A stretch of DNA of 64,000 nt from an uncultured Actinomycetota bacterium (lineage in GTDB: Bacteria; Actinomycetota; Actinomycetes; JAHEKZ01), in NCBI GenBank assembly GCA_963829525.1, contig CAWHIJ010000003.1, positions 864,001 to 928,000 on the forward strand. Direction: 5' to 3'. Below the pieces are notes generated by a model that was not told the origin of the DNA, ran no database searches, and worked only from the letters and a program-made list of their open reading frames with translations. This document shows positions 1-10,268 of this stretch, in pieces. A program made the position numbers and the translations under genes. Each line of letters begins with the position of its first letter. Positions within the stretch are counted from its first letter, which is position 1.

Positions 1-316
1 GGATCTCTTTGGCCGAGAGTGAGAACGTCCCCCTGGCCGCATAGAACGAGGGCTTGGCAAAGATGACGATGCGATCACCGTCGGTGATCGCTGGCTCAGC
101 GGCGTCGAGGACGCGCTTGGAGCAGGTGACCGTGACCGAGAGGTCAGCGGCGGTGTCGCGCAGCGTGAGGAAGACCATTCCGGCGCCAGGACGGCGGCTG
201 AGCTGGGCCACCTGCCCCTCGACCCAGATGGGGCCGAGACGGTCGATCCAGCCCGCGACCGCCTGCGCCACCGTGCGAACGGCAGCGGGTTGGTCGACGG
301 AAGTCTGCAAGGCCAC
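1..316 (-). CDS. xseA: Exodeoxyribonuclease VII large subunit, 5' part (runs off the window)
   Basis: Manual minus-strand translation from GTG 316: [54 protein letters not shown], the XseA OB-fold start. Divergent from ispH as in other actinobacteria. Confidence 0.9.
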   Translation of the reverse strand, partial: MALQTSVDQPAAVRTVAQAVAGWIDRLGPIWVEGQVAQLSRRPGAGMVFLTLRDTAADLSVTVTCSKRVLDAAEPAITDGDRIVIFAKPSFYAARGTFSLSAKEI

Positions 317-402
317 GGCGCCGAGCGTACGGGGCCGGACCGACTGTGGGTGGCGGCTGGCTCCGAAAGGTGGGCGCTGCTGCCGCCGCCTACGATGGGG
401 AC

Positions 403-1368
403 ATGGCTTCTCCCAAGCGCCGCGTCTTGCTTGCCGCCCCCCGTGGATACTGCGCCGGCGTCGACCGGGCGGTGATCACCGTCGAGAAGGCCCTCGAGCT
501 GTACGGCGCTCCGGTCTACGTCCGCAAGCAGATCGTCCACAACCGGCACGTCGTCGAAGACCTTGAAAAGCGTGGAGCGATCTTTGTCGACGAGACCGAA
601 GAGGTTCCCGAGGGCGCCTTGGTCGTCTTCTCAGCGCACGGCGTTGCGCCGACCGTCCACAAGGAAGCCGCTGAACGAAACCTGCGCACGATCGATGCGA
701 CGTGCCCGCTGGTGACCAAGGTGCACAACGAGGCCCGTAGGTTCTCCGGCGAAGGCGTTCAGATCTTGCTCATCGGCCATGAGGGGCACGAGGAAGTGGT
801 CGGCACCTCGGGGCAGGCGCCGGAGCACATCACGATCGTGGATGGCCCCGAGCACGCGGACGACATCTCTGTCGACGATCCCGACAAGGTGGTCTGGCTG
901 TCGCAGACGACGCTGTCGGTGGACGAGACGATGGAAACGGTCGACCGGCTACGGGTGCGGTTCCCCAACCTGATGAGCCCGCCGAGCGACGACATCTGCT
1001 ACGCCACTCAGAACCGCCAGGCAGCCGTCAAGCTCATGGGTGGGTCGTCCGACCTGGTCATCGTTGTCGGCTCAGCCAACTCGTCGAACTCCGTCCGGCT
1101 GGTCGAGGTGGCGGTAGACGCGGGGGCCAAATCGTCGTATCGGGTCGACAACGCTGGTGAGCTCGATGAGGCTTGGCTCGACGGCGTCACAGTGGTGGGT
1201 GTGACCAGCGGCGCATCGGTTCCGGAGAGCCTGGTGAATGGGGTCCTGCAATGGTTGGCTGAGCGCGGCTTTGGAGACGTCGAGACGGTGACGGCAGCTG
1301 AGGAGTCACTGATCTTCTCGTTGCCGCAAGAGCTGCGACGTGACCTCAAGGCGGCTGGCCAGTCCTGA
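403..1368 (+). CDS. ispH: 4-hydroxy-3-methylbut-2-enyl diphosphate reductase
   Basis: [40 protein letters not shown] and SSNS motifs. TACGAT -10 lies 6 nt before ATG 403. Confidence 0.97.
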   Translation: MASPKRRVLLAAPRGYCAGVDRAVITVEKALELYGAPVYVRKQIVHNRHVVEDLEKRGAIFVDETEEVPEGALVVFSAHGVAPTVHKEAAERNLRTIDATCPLVTKVHNEARRFSGEGVQILLIGHEGHEEVVGTSGQAPEHITIVDGPEHADDISVDDPDKVVWLSQTTLSVDETMETVDRLRVRFPNLMSPPSDDICYATQNRQAAVKLMGGSSDLVIVVGSANSSNSVRLVEVAVDAGAKSSYRVDNAGELDEAWLDGVTVVGVTSGASVPESLVNGVLQWLAERGFGDVETVTAAEESLIFSLPQELRRDLKAAGQS

Positions 1369-1488
1369 CCGGTCTGATCGTCCGAGCGGGGGACCGGCAC
1401 CGTGGGAGTTGCAGCCGTCGTTTGGCGTATTCCCTGCGGTTTGACCTCGATTTCGAGTCCGATAGCGCAGGTAATCCTCCAGCGCAGC

Positions 1489-1962
1489 TCAGGCGCGCTT
1501 GGTGCGCCAGTAGCGCACCCCGACGATGGCTGCAGCAACGCCCGTAGCCACCAAAAGCGTGGGAGCCAGGGTGGTGAGGGTGGTGAGGGTCTTCATGAAC
1601 CATCCGCGGATCGTGGGCAGTTCACCGGACCAGAACGGGTTGACGGCGGCAACGAGCAGGGCGACCAGCGGTGGCATGACGACTGCGCTGCGCATCGACT
1701 TCGAGGACACTTCGGCGGCGCAGTAAGCGCTCACCAGGATGAAGGGAACTGCGAACACCCAGCCAAGCCCGCCGGTGAGCAGCTCGGCCAGGATTGACGC
1801 CACCAGCCCGATCGCACCGCCGAGCACCGCTACGCCAGTGCCGCTGAGGCCAGGGCGGGCGCTCGAGCGGACCAGCCGCCCCTGCGGCTCAGCTGGGTTG
1901 ACCCCGGGAGTGGAGCCTGGCGTCACGACATCGGGCCGATCGGTGCGTAGCGGAGTAGACAC
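1489..1962 (-). CDS. Membrane protein, DUF6542-like
   Basis: About four hydrophobic segments with an AVVMPPL motif; usual position next to ispH. Confidence 0.7.
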   Translation of the reverse strand: MSTPLRTDRPDVVTPGSTPGVNPAEPQGRLVRSSARPGLSGTGVAVLGGAIGLVASILAELLTGGLGWVFAVPFILVSAYCAAEVSSKSMRSAVVMPPLVALLVAAVNPFWSGELPTIRGWFMKTLTTLTTLAPTLLVATGVAAAIVGVRYWRTKRA

Positions 1963-1998
1963 ACCACCTACCGTACGGCGTCCGGTGCGCTGCCCGGG

Positions 1999-3126
1999 TC
2001 ACCCCGCCGCGAGTGGCTGCCCGGTGTCGCCGTCGGTGCGCTGGTCCGCTGCGGCCGCAGGTTCGGTCAGCTCAGCCGCCTGAGGCAGGCGAGGGGCCAG
2101 GTCGATCGTCTCCGGCGCCTGGATCGAGTCGTCGACGACCTTCAGGTCGTGGAAGCGGCGGGCCGTCACCAGCACGCGGGACTCCAGGGACCCGATCGCC
2201 TGGTTGTACGCCTTCACGCTCGCCTCCAGCGACGACCCCATCTTGGTCAGGTGCCCCCCGAGGACTCCCAGGCGTTGGTGCAGCTCGCGTCCAGCAGCGA
2301 GTACCGCCTGTGCGTTGTCAGCGAGGGCGTCCTGACGCCAGGTGTAAGCCACAGTGCGCAGGAGTGCGACCAGGGTGTTCGGGGTGGCGATCACCACCTG
2401 CCGGGTGAAGGCGTGCTCGAGCAGTGCGGGGTCCTCGTCGAGCGCCGCGGAGAGGAAGGGTTCGGCCGGGACGAAGAGGACGACGAACTCCGGGCTGGGC
2501 GCCAGCGCTTCCCAGTACTCTCGCGAGGCGAGCTCGTCGATGTGCGCGCGCAGGTGGCGGGCGTGTGCGGCGCTTCGGATTTGGGCAGTGGCCTCGTCGG
2601 TTGCCGACGACGCCTCGAGGTACGCAGCAAAGGGAACTTTGGCGTCCACGACTACGTTCTTGCCGCCGGCCAGGTGCACGACGAGGTCAGGCCGCTGGCG
2701 GTCGTCGGATCGACCGACGGAGAGCTGTTCGCTGAAGTCGCAGTGCTCGACGAGTCCGGCCAGCTCGACGACGCGGCGCAGCTGCATCTCTCCCCAGCGG
2801 CCTCTGGTCTGGGGTGCCCGAAGTGCCTGTACGAGGGAGGACGTCTCCGTGCGGAGGAGCTGCGACGTGTCGCTCATGGCTCGCACCTGCTCCTGGATCT
2901 GGCCGTGCGACTGGAGCCGGTGGCGCTCGGTCTCCACCAGCTGCCGTTCGACCCGGTCGAGCGCCTCGTTGACAGGGCGCAGGAGCTGGTCGGCCGGGAC
3001 GGCGTCGAGCCCAGAATGAACCCCCCTGGGGGATGGGGCAGCGAAGCGCCACATCAGAAACGCACCAAGGGCAGCCCCGGCAAGCAGGCAGAGGAGAGCG
3101 AGCAGAAGTGCGGTCATCGTGTCCAT
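1999..3126 (-). CDS. rmuC: DNA recombination protein RmuC
   Basis: N-terminal TM helix, coiled coil, RGRWGEMQLRRVVE, RPD...VDAKVP and EFVVLFVP motifs. Confidence 0.93.
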   Translation of the reverse strand: MDTMTALLLALLCLLAGAALGAFLMWRFAAPSPRGVHSGLDAVPADQLLRPVNEALDRVERQLVETERHRLQSHGQIQEQVRAMSDTSQLLRTETSSLVQALRAPQTRGRWGEMQLRRVVELAGLVEHCDFSEQLSVGRSDDRQRPDLVVHLAGGKNVVVDAKVPFAAYLEASSATDEATAQIRSAAHARHLRAHIDELASREYWEALAPSPEFVVLFVPAEPFLSAALDEDPALLEHAFTRQVVIATPNTLVALLRTVAYTWRQDALADNAQAVLAAGRELHQRLGVLGGHLTKMGSSLEASVKAYNQAIGSLESRVLVTARRFHDLKVVDDSIQAPETIDLAPRLPQAAELTEPAAAADQRTDGDTGQPLAAG

Positions 3127-3160
3127 GGCCACACCATGCACGGGAGGTCTGACAGGACCA

Positions 3161-3688
3161 CTACCTGACACGCGGCCAGTCGAGCCAGGTCAGCATCTCC
3201 TCGGCGAGCGTGGGCAGTGGAGTGTCACCGGCAAGTGTCAGGTCGGCCGAGACTCGACCCAAATCCCTCGAGACCCAGTCTCGGGCGACCTGCAGGTCGT
3301 GGGCGCGTCCGCTGGTGGGTATCTGGGAGAGTCGCTGCTCGACAACCGCGATCGGGGTGTCGAGCCGGATCACTCGTAGGGGATAGCGAAGAGCCGAACG
3401 AACCTTGTGCACGTCGGCATCGTCCCTGGCGGCACCGGCCAGGAGCAGGTACTGAACGCCGGACCGCCAGTAGCGGCCTGCGACGTCCTCGAGGTTCTCC
3501 TGCTGAAGGTCGGTCTGTGGGGCCGACCCGCCGTCTTCGGGGAGCTGGTACCAGCTGAGCCAATCGAGGTCGATGGCGCCGAACGCCACGCCGAGCCGCT
3601 CATAGCCGTCGGCGATCTCCTCGACCAGGGAGGTCTTGCCGGAACCGTAGATGCCGGTGACCAGCACTGCCTCGCGCTCAGATGGCAT
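3161..3688 (-). CDS. Small P-loop kinase-like protein
   Basis: VLVTGIYGSGKTS Walker A and IDLDWL; about 175 aa from ATG 3688. Confidence 0.7.
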   Translation of the reverse strand: MPSEREAVLVTGIYGSGKTSLVEEIADGYERLGVAFGAIDLDWLSWYQLPEDGGSAPQTDLQQENLEDVAGRYWRSGVQYLLLAGAARDDADVHKVRSALRYPLRVIRLDTPIAVVEQRLSQIPTSGRAHDLQVARDWVSRDLGRVSADLTLAGDTPLPTLAEEMLTWLDWPRVR

Positions 3689-3755
3689 CTGACCACTCTG
3701 ACGGTCAATCCCCGCTGGTGCCAGCGTCTTGGGCACCTCCGTACGATGGTCGCCC

Positions 3756-4829
3756 GTGGCACTCACCATCGGAATCGTCGGACTCCCCAACGTCGGAAAG
3801 TCGACGCTCTTCAACGCACTGACCAAGAACAGCGTGCTCGCGGCGAACTACCCCTTTGCGACGATCGAGCCGAATGTGGGCGTGGTTGGCGTCCCCGACC
3901 CCCGCCTTGCGATTCTGGCCGAGATCTTCGGCTCGCAGAAGATCCTCCCGGCCACCGTCTCGTTCGTCGACATCGCGGGGATCGTGCGGGGGGCGTCGGA
4001 GGGGCAGGGACTCGGCAACAAGTTCCTAGCCAACATCCGGGAAGCCGAGGCGATCTGCCAGGTGATCCGCGTGTTCACCGACCCGGACGTCGTCCACGTC
4101 GACGGCAAGGTCTCGCCCAAGGACGACATCGAGACCATCAACACCGAGCTGATCCTGGCCGACCTGCAGACCATCGAGAAGACGCTGCCGAGACTGCAGA
4201 AGGAAGCCCGCCTGACCAAGGGGGGCAACGAGGTCGTCGCTGCGGTGGAGAAGGCCAAGGAGGTCTTGGACGCCGGGCAGACAGTGTTTGCTGCCGGACT
4301 GGACCTCGAGCTGCTGCGCGAGCTCTGGCTGTTGACGGCCAAGCCCTTCATCTACGTCTTCAACCTCGATGAGGAGGAGTTCGCCAACACCGCCTTGAAG
4401 GAAGAGATGCAGGCACTGGTCGAACCGGCAGAGGCCGTCTTCCTCGACGCCAAGATCGAGGCTGAGCTGGTCGAGCTTCCCGACGACGAGGCCCTCGAAC
4501 TGTTGCAGTCCATCGGGCAGGAGGAGAGCGGACTCGACCTGCTGGCTCGGGTCGGATTCGACACCCTCGGACTGCAGACCTACCTGACTGCCGGGCCGAA
4601 GGAGGCACGCGCCTGGACGATCCGTAAGGGTGCGCCGGCGCCGGAGGCTGCGGGTGTCATCCACACCGACTTCCAGCGTGGGTTCATCAAGGCTGAGGTG
4701 GTCTCCTTCGACGACCTCGTCTCTGCGGGCTCGATGAACAGTGCGAAGGCCGCCGGGAAGGTGCGGATCGAGGGCAAGGACTACGTGATGCACGACGGGG
4801 ACGTGGTCGAGTTTCGCTTCAACGTCTGA
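3756..4829 (+). CDS. ychF: Redox-regulated ATPase YchF
   Basis: [33 protein letters not shown] and C-terminal [11 protein letters not shown]. Confidence 0.98.
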   Translation: MALTIGIVGLPNVGKSTLFNALTKNSVLAANYPFATIEPNVGVVGVPDPRLAILAEIFGSQKILPATVSFVDIAGIVRGASEGQGLGNKFLANIREAEAICQVIRVFTDPDVVHVDGKVSPKDDIETINTELILADLQTIEKTLPRLQKEARLTKGGNEVVAAVEKAKEVLDAGQTVFAAGLDLELLRELWLLTAKPFIYVFNLDEEEFANTALKEEMQALVEPAEAVFLDAKIEAELVELPDDEALELLQSIGQEESGLDLLARVGFDTLGLQTYLTAGPKEARAWTIRKGAPAPEAAGVIHTDFQRGFIKAEVVSFDDLVSAGSMNSAKAAGKVRIEGKDYVMHDGDVVEFRFNV

Positions 4830-4927
4830 CACGGGGTGGGGTGTGGCGGACTCGCAAGGTTCCACCCCAGTCCAGAGAGAGCGCGCTCCGTCAGGAAAGC
4901 CGAACCACAAGTCACGGGTAGCACTAC

Positions 4928-5045
4928 CTACGACTGCAGCCCGAGGTCGGCCTTGACCTTGGTCCACGGGATCGTCGGGGCGCCCGCCATGATCTCTGCC
5001 ATTGCCTCGTCGGCAGCTGTGAGGTCCTGAGAGTCAGCATCAGAA
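4928..5045 (-). pseudogene. Probable 5'-truncated Phd/YefM-type antitoxin remnant
   Basis: Manual translation DADSQDLTAADEAMAEIMAGAPTIPWTKVKADLGLQS-stop resembles the IPWxxVKAxLGL C-terminus of such antitoxins. No intact N-terminal half found upstream. Confidence 0.5.
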
Positions 5046-5078
5046 GACGAATCAAATGATGCTAGTATTGATTCTGAT
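5036..5078 (+). promoter_or_regulatory. vapBC promoter/operator
   Basis: Inverted repeat AGCATCA-N14-TGATGCT (5036-5063), TAGTAT -10 at 5063-5068, and a second pair ATCAGAA/TTCTGAT (5039-5045, 5072-5078). Confidence 0.55.
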
Positions 5079-5094
5079 CGAAGGAGGTCTCCGG

Positions 5095-5292
5095 ATGCGT
5101 ACCACTGTCACGATCGACGACGAGCTCCTTGCCCGTGCAGCGGAGCTGACTGGCCTTACTGAACGGACGTCGTTGCTGCGGGAGGGGCTGGAGACCCTCA
5201 TTCGGGTGGAGAGCGCCAAGCGTCTTGCCGCCCTGGGGGGTAGCGACCCCGCTGCGCGAGCTCCGCGACGCGATCGAGGTACGACGCGTTGA
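5095..5292 (+). CDS. vapB: VapB antitoxin
   Basis: MRTTVTIDDELLARAAELTG RHH-type start after an AGGAGG RBS; overlaps the start of vapC. Confidence 0.92.
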   Translation: MRTTVTIDDELLARAAELTGLTERTSLLREGLETLIRVESAKRLAALGGSDPAARAPRRDRGTTR

Positions 5293-5660
5293 TCCTGGTC
5301 GACACCTCGGTGTGGATCGATCACCTGCACAAGGCCGAATCCACACTGGACGATGTGCTCGCCCGTGATGAGGTCGTGTGCCACACCCTGGTGATCCAGG
5401 AGCTTGCCCTTGGCAGCATCAAGGATCGACGGCTGCTGCTCAACTCACTCGTCCTGCTCCGCGCATGCCCGCTGTTGACACAGGCTGAAATCCTTGGCCT
5501 CGTAGATGCCCGCCAACTGTGGGGTCGAGGTCTCAACGCCATCGACTGCCACCTTGTCGGGTCGCTCCTGTTGCTGCCGGGGACATTTCTCTGGACGCGG
5601 GACAAGCGATTGCGAACGATCTCGGGGGAGTTGGGAGTCCCACTGGTGGCGTGGCGGTGA
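5289..5660 (+). CDS. vapC: VapC PIN-domain toxin
   Basis: MILVDTSVWIDHL, ELALG, D..L..S and LWTRDKRL PIN motifs. Confidence 0.93.
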   Translation: MILVDTSVWIDHLHKAESTLDDVLARDEVVCHTLVIQELALGSIKDRRLLLNSLVLLRACPLLTQAEILGLVDARQLWGRGLNAIDCHLVGSLLLLPGTFLWTRDKRLRTISGELGVPLVAWR

Positions 5661-5745
5661 TCTGGGGAAGAGCGACTCACTGCCAAGTCACCTCGCACGT
5701 CCGGCGGTGGATAGATGACAGGCTGGGAGTGGCGGTGCCTTCGAC

Positions 5746-6390
5746 CTATAAGCCGCCGATGCCCTTGAGGAGCAAAGCGAACCCGATCACCGTGATCACG
5801 ACCGCCATCACCCCCGCGCTGTTAGCCACCAGCCAGTCTTTGGCCTGGCCAAGCGGCACCAGCACTCGGTCACCCGCCACTGCGTAGAGCAGCGGTGGAA
5901 ACGCGACCGTGGAGGCGGCGATCAAGGTGAACAGGACGAGGTTGATCACCACCTCGCTCTGCGTAAGCTCCGTCGAACCAATGGTCAGCCCGCCAGCGGC
6001 GGCCAGCAGCAGCACCTTCGGGTTGGCTGCCGATAACAGCACCCCGAGGCGTAGCGCGCTCCGCGGTGTAGACGAGTCGATCGAGGTGATCCACGCCGGT
6101 GGCTCGGTTACGCTCCCGCGGGTCAGCCAGTGGTGTACCCCGAGGATTATCAGCACGGCCCCGAGCGCGATGCGCGTCCAGGACGCCCAGGCCGGTACCG
6201 CATCCTTGGTATCGATCACCTCAGCCAGCAGGGTGAAGGCGGTCACCGATACGGCAATTGCCGATGCCCAGCCCCCTAGAAAGGCGAGCCCATTTGTCCG
6301 GGCACGAGGAGTGAAGAGCAGCAGTACGGCGGGAATGATCGGAAACGGTGAGGCGGCAATCGCGACGGCCGAAGCGAGCCCCTCGGCCAC
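5746..6390 (-). CDS. GAP/Sap-family membrane protein
   Basis: AIAASPFPII and ANPKVLLL motifs; six TM segments; start GTG 6390 estimated. Confidence 0.8.
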   Translation of the reverse strand: MAEGLASAVAIAASPFPIIPAVLLLFTPRARTNGLAFLGGWASAIAVSVTAFTLLAEVIDTKDAVPAWASWTRIALGAVLIILGVHHWLTRGSVTEPPAWITSIDSSTPRSALRLGVLLSAANPKVLLLAAAGGLTIGSTELTQSEVVINLVLFTLIAASTVAFPPLLYAVAGDRVLVPLGQAKDWLVANSAGVMAVVITVIGFALLLKGIGGL

Positions 6391-6447
6391 GTTCTGCTCC
6401 CTCGTCTGGCGGAATGTATTCGGGCGTGAGGTCTCTACATTAGATCT

Positions 6448-6873
6448 ATGAACGTAGCGAGCGCGGCAGTCACCGTGGTAGCAGCTAGTGCCCTGGCGCT
6501 CGGATCGGTCGGCATGGCGTCGGCTGGCGCCAATGACCCTCACTCACACGCGATGCTCGGACGGACTGGTGAGAACGTCGACCTCGCCCCGCAGCGAACA
6601 GCCGGGCGCCTACCGAAGTTGGTGGGGATCGTCAACGACAACCGAGACATCGAGATCAGCGATCGGACGCCTGGCCCTGGTCGCTACAAAATTGTGGTGC
6701 GCGACTCGGCGGGCAGCCACAACTGGCATCTGTACGGAAACGGAAGGTCCATCTCGACGACAGTGCGTGGCACCGGACGGTGGGTGTTCAAGATCCGGCT
6801 ACCAGCGGGCAGCTACCGGGTTGTCTGCGACCCGCACAACGACGCCATGGAGTTCGACCTCATCGTCGGCTGA
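6448..6873 (+). CDS. Secreted cupredoxin-like protein
   Basis: Signal peptide, HNWHL and C-terminal CDPHNDAM, matching the type-1 copper ligand pattern H...C-x2-H-x3-M. Confidence 0.65.
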   Translation: MNVASAAVTVVAASALALGSVGMASAGANDPHSHAMLGRTGENVDLAPQRTAGRLPKLVGIVNDNRDIEISDRTPGPGRYKIVVRDSAGSHNWHLYGNGRSISTTVRGTGRWVFKIRLPAGSYRVVCDPHNDAMEFDLIVG

Positions 6874-6891
6874 CGCGGAGGTGGGACGCCA

Positions 6892-7176
6892 TCATGGCGT
6901 ATGGGTCTCGATGCGGTGGGCCAGCTCGATGTCGAGCTGAGTGATCCCGCCGGCCGAATGCGTCGACAGGGTCAGGTTCACCGTGCGCCACCTGATGTCG
7001 ATGTCTGGATGGTGGTTCATCTCTTCGGCGTCGATGGCGAGTGTCGCGACGGCGGCAATCGCCTCGGGGAAACTGGGGAAGTCGATACTGCGGTGCAGGC
7101 TCGTGCCGTCGCTGGACCACCCGGGCAAGTCGCTGAGCTGACGGTCGACCTCAGCAGGATCCAGGAGCCGTGTCAT
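6892..7176 (-). CDS. Pterin-4a-carbinolamine dehydratase
   Basis: AEEMNHHPDIDIRW and LSTHSAGGITQLD motifs. Confidence 0.93.
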   Translation of the reverse strand: MTRLLDPAEVDRQLSDLPGWSSDGTSLHRSIDFPSFPEAIAAVATLAIDAEEMNHHPDIDIRWRTVNLTLSTHSAGGITQLDIELAHRIETHTP

Positions 7177-7556
7177 GGGTGGTGGCCTTCGCCAGCGAAG
7201 TGACGCAGCCGCGGATTATCGGGCCAAAAGCGTCGGGCGTTCTCGACCGCTTCAACGGTGGCGGTGGCACGCTCTTGCGCGTCGTAGACCCGGGCCAGCG
7301 TGACCCACGCGTCTGACCTCTCCTGGGCGCTGCGATGCCAGTTCAACGATGCGCGCGCTTCTTCGGAGGCCTGGTCGAGCCGGCCGGCCTCGAAGTGGTC
7401 GAGCGCCTCGAGTCGGGCCAGAACAGTTCCGGTGCTGGCCACCGCCTTGGCCTGCTGCATGGCATCGGCCACTTCGTCGGCTACAGCCGCGTACTCGACA
7501 TCGCCGTCTTCAACTGACCGGAGCAGAGCCCAGGCGCGGTCGGCTTGCTCGTTCAT
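7173..7556 (-). CDS. Small helical TPR-like protein (in frame with SdhB in this assembly)
   Basis: MNEQADRAW...AWVTLARVY...ARRFWPDNP helical repeat pattern. A TGATG overlap sits at 7554-7558. Confidence 0.55.
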   Translation of the reverse strand: MNEQADRAWALLRSVEDGDVEYAAVADEVADAMQQAKAVASTGTVLARLEALDHFEAGRLDQASEEARASLNWHRSAQERSDAWVTLARVYDAQERATATVEAVENARRFWPDNPRLRHFAGEGHHP

Positions 7557-8324
7557 CACCGACTTGGACTTGGAGCGGGAGCGCAGAACGCGGAAGAGTC
7601 CGAACGCCGGGTCGTACTTGCGGTCGACGACGCGCTCCTTCATCGGGATGAGCGCGTTGTCGGTGATGTGGATGTGCTCGGGGCACACCTCGGTGCAGCA
7701 CTTGGTGATGTTGCAGTAGCCGAGGCCGTGCTCCTCCTGCGCGCGAGTCGCTTGCGGTCGACGCGTGTCGAGCGGGTGCATGTCGAGCTCGGCGATGCGC
7801 ATGAGGAAGCGCGGGCCGGAGAACGTCGTCTTGTTCTCCTCGTGGTCGCGCACCACGTGGCAGACGTTCTGGCACAGGAAGCACTCGATGCACTTGCGGA
7901 ACTCCTGGCGAGCGCTCGACGTCGACCTGCGCCATCCGGTAGTCGCCGGGCTCGAGGTCCGGCGGGCGGCGCGAACGACGGGACCTCGCGGGCCTTCTCG
8001 TAGTTGAACGAGACGTCGGTGACCAGGTCGCGGATGACCGGGAAGGTGCGCAGCGGCGTGACGGTGATGGTCTCGTCCTCGGTCGAACGTGTTCATCCGC
8101 GTCATGCACATGAGCCGCGGCCGGCCGTTGATCTCGGCGCTGCACGATCCGCACTTGCCGGCCTTGCAGTTCCAGCGCACGGCGAGGTCGGGCGCCTGCG
8201 TGGCCTGCAGCCGGTGGATGATGTCGAGGACGACCTCGCCCTCGTTGACGTCGACCTCGAAGTCCTGCAGCTCGCCGCCCTCGTCGTCGCCGCGCCAGAC
8301 CCGGAACTTCGCGTTGTACCCCAT
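7556..8324 (-). CDS. sdhB: Succinate dehydrogenase Fe-S subunit, Sdh1 type; frameshifted
   Basis: WNCKAGKCGSCSAE, CIECFLCQNVC and CNITKCCTEVCP clusters spread over more than one frame. Confidence 0.9.
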
Positions 8325-10238
8325 CAGTGCTCCACCCTCCGGCAGAGCGGCGAGCTCGTCCTCGGTCAGGTACTTGTTCAGCTCGTCGAGGTCGAAGAGC
8401 TCGAGCAGGTCGGTCGGCATGGTCGGGAGCGGCTGCTTGATCGACCGACACCTCGTCGCCGTCGGCGCGGCAGACCAAGTTGACCTGGCGCCATTCGCGG
8501 TCCATCGCCGGGTAGTCGTCGCGGGTGTGGCCGCCGCGGGTCTCCTCGCGCTCGAGCGCGGCACGCGCGACGCACTCGGAGACCAGCAGCATGTTGCGAG
8601 GTCGAGCGCCAGGTGCCAGCCCGGGTTGAACTGCCGGTGCCCCTCGACGGTGACGCCTGCGGCGCGGCGCCTTGAGGTCGTCGAGCTGCTCGAGCGCCTC
8701 CTCGCATCTCCTCCTCGCGTGCGGATGATGCCGACGAGGTCGTTCATCGTCTGCTGCAGCTCGGCGTGGAGGGTGTACGGGTTCTCCGCCGCCCTCGCCG
8801 GCGAACGGCGCGAGCGCCTCGTCCTGCGGCCTCGGTCGATCGTCTGCGTCGGTCGACCGCCGGGCGGCGCGTCGCCGAGCGCGTCGACGTACTCCGCGGC
8901 GCCGAGCCCGGCGCGCCGGCCGAAGACCAGCAGGTCGGAGAGCGAGTTGCCGCCGAGCCGGTTGGAGCCGTGCATGCCGCCGGAGACCTCGCCCGCGGCG
9001 AACAGGCCGGGGAGCCGCGGCTGCTCGGTGTCGGGGTCGACCTCGACGCCGCCCATGACGTAGTGGCAGGTCGGGCCGACCTCCATCGGCTCCTTGGTGA
9101 TGTCGACGTCGGCCAGCTCCTTGAACTGGTGGTACATCGACGGCAGCTTCTTGCGTGATCGTCCTCGGCCGGCAGCCGGGTCGACGACGTCGAGGAAGAC
9201 GCCGCCGTGCGGGCGATGCCGCGGCCGGCCTTGACCTCGGAGTTGATCGCGCGGGCGACCTCGTCGCGGGGGAGCAGCTCCGGTGGGCGCCGGTTGTTGT
9301 CGGGGTCGGTGTACCAGCGGTCGCCCTCCTCCTCGTCGTCGGCGTACTTGCGCCTTGAACACGTCGGGGATGTAGTCGAACATGAACCGCTTGCCCTCGG
9401 AGTTCTGAGGACGCCGCCGTCGCCACGCACCGACTCGGTGACGAGGATGCCCTTGACCGACGGCGGCCAGACCATGCCGGTCGGGTGGAACTGGATGAAC
9501 TCCATGTTGATCAGTGGTCGCGCCGGCGCGCAGCGCCAGCGCGTGGCCGTCGCCGGTGTACTCCCACGAGTTCGCTGGTGACCTTGAAGATCTTGCCGAT
9601 GCCGCCGGTGGCGAGCACGACGGCGGGCGCCTCGAAGAGCGACGAAGTCGCCGGTCTCGCGCCAGTAGCCGAAGGCGCCGGCGATCCGGTCGCCGTCCTT
9701 GAGCAGCTCGGTGATGTGACACTCGGCGAAGACCTTGATGCCGCGCCTCGTAGTCGCCGAGCTCGCGCGTAGTCCTCCTGCTGCAGCGAGACGATCTTCT
9801 GCTGCAGGGTGCGGATCAGCTCCAGGCCGGTGCGGTCGCCGACGTGGGCGAGGCGCGGGTACTCGTGGCCGCCGAAGTTGCGCTGGCTGATCTTGCCGTC
9901 CGGGGTGCGGTCGAACAGCGCGCCGTAGGTCTCCAGCTCCCAGACCCGCTGCGGGCGCCTCCTTGGCGTGCAGCTCGGCCATCCGCCAGTGGTTGAGGAA
10001 CTTGCCGCCGCGCATGGTGTCGCGGAAGTGCACCTGCCAGTTGTCCTTGGAGTTGACGTTGCCCATGGCCGCCGCGATGCCGCCCTCGGCCATGACGGTG
10101 TGCGCCTTGCCGAACAGCGACTTGCAGATGATGGCGATGCGCTTGCCCTGCTGCGCGCGCCTCGATGGCGGCGCGCAGCCCGGCGCCGCCGGCGCCGATC
10201 ACGACGACGTCGTAGGAGTGCCGTTCGAGGTCGGTCAT
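8324..10238 (-). CDS. sdhA: Succinate dehydrogenase/fumarate reductase flavoprotein; many frameshifts
   Basis: VVIGAGGAGLRAA, MAEGG, QFHPTG, LLPRDEVAR, HYVMGGV, HGSNRLGGNSL and REETRGGH distributed over three frames. Confidence 0.9.
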
Positions 10239-10268
10239 TCGACGAGGTCCTTTGCGGCGGGTGCGAAT

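Noticed and set aside
2149-4967. Long antisense ORFs over rmuC and ychF (similar ones over dapD, folP and citE)
   Set aside because: Expected in high-GC DNA opposite well-conserved genes.
7173-9722. 849 aa SdhA-SdhB-TPR fusion ORF
   Set aside because: A patchwork of in-frame and out-of-frame segments; TGATG overlaps mark the likely true gene junctions.
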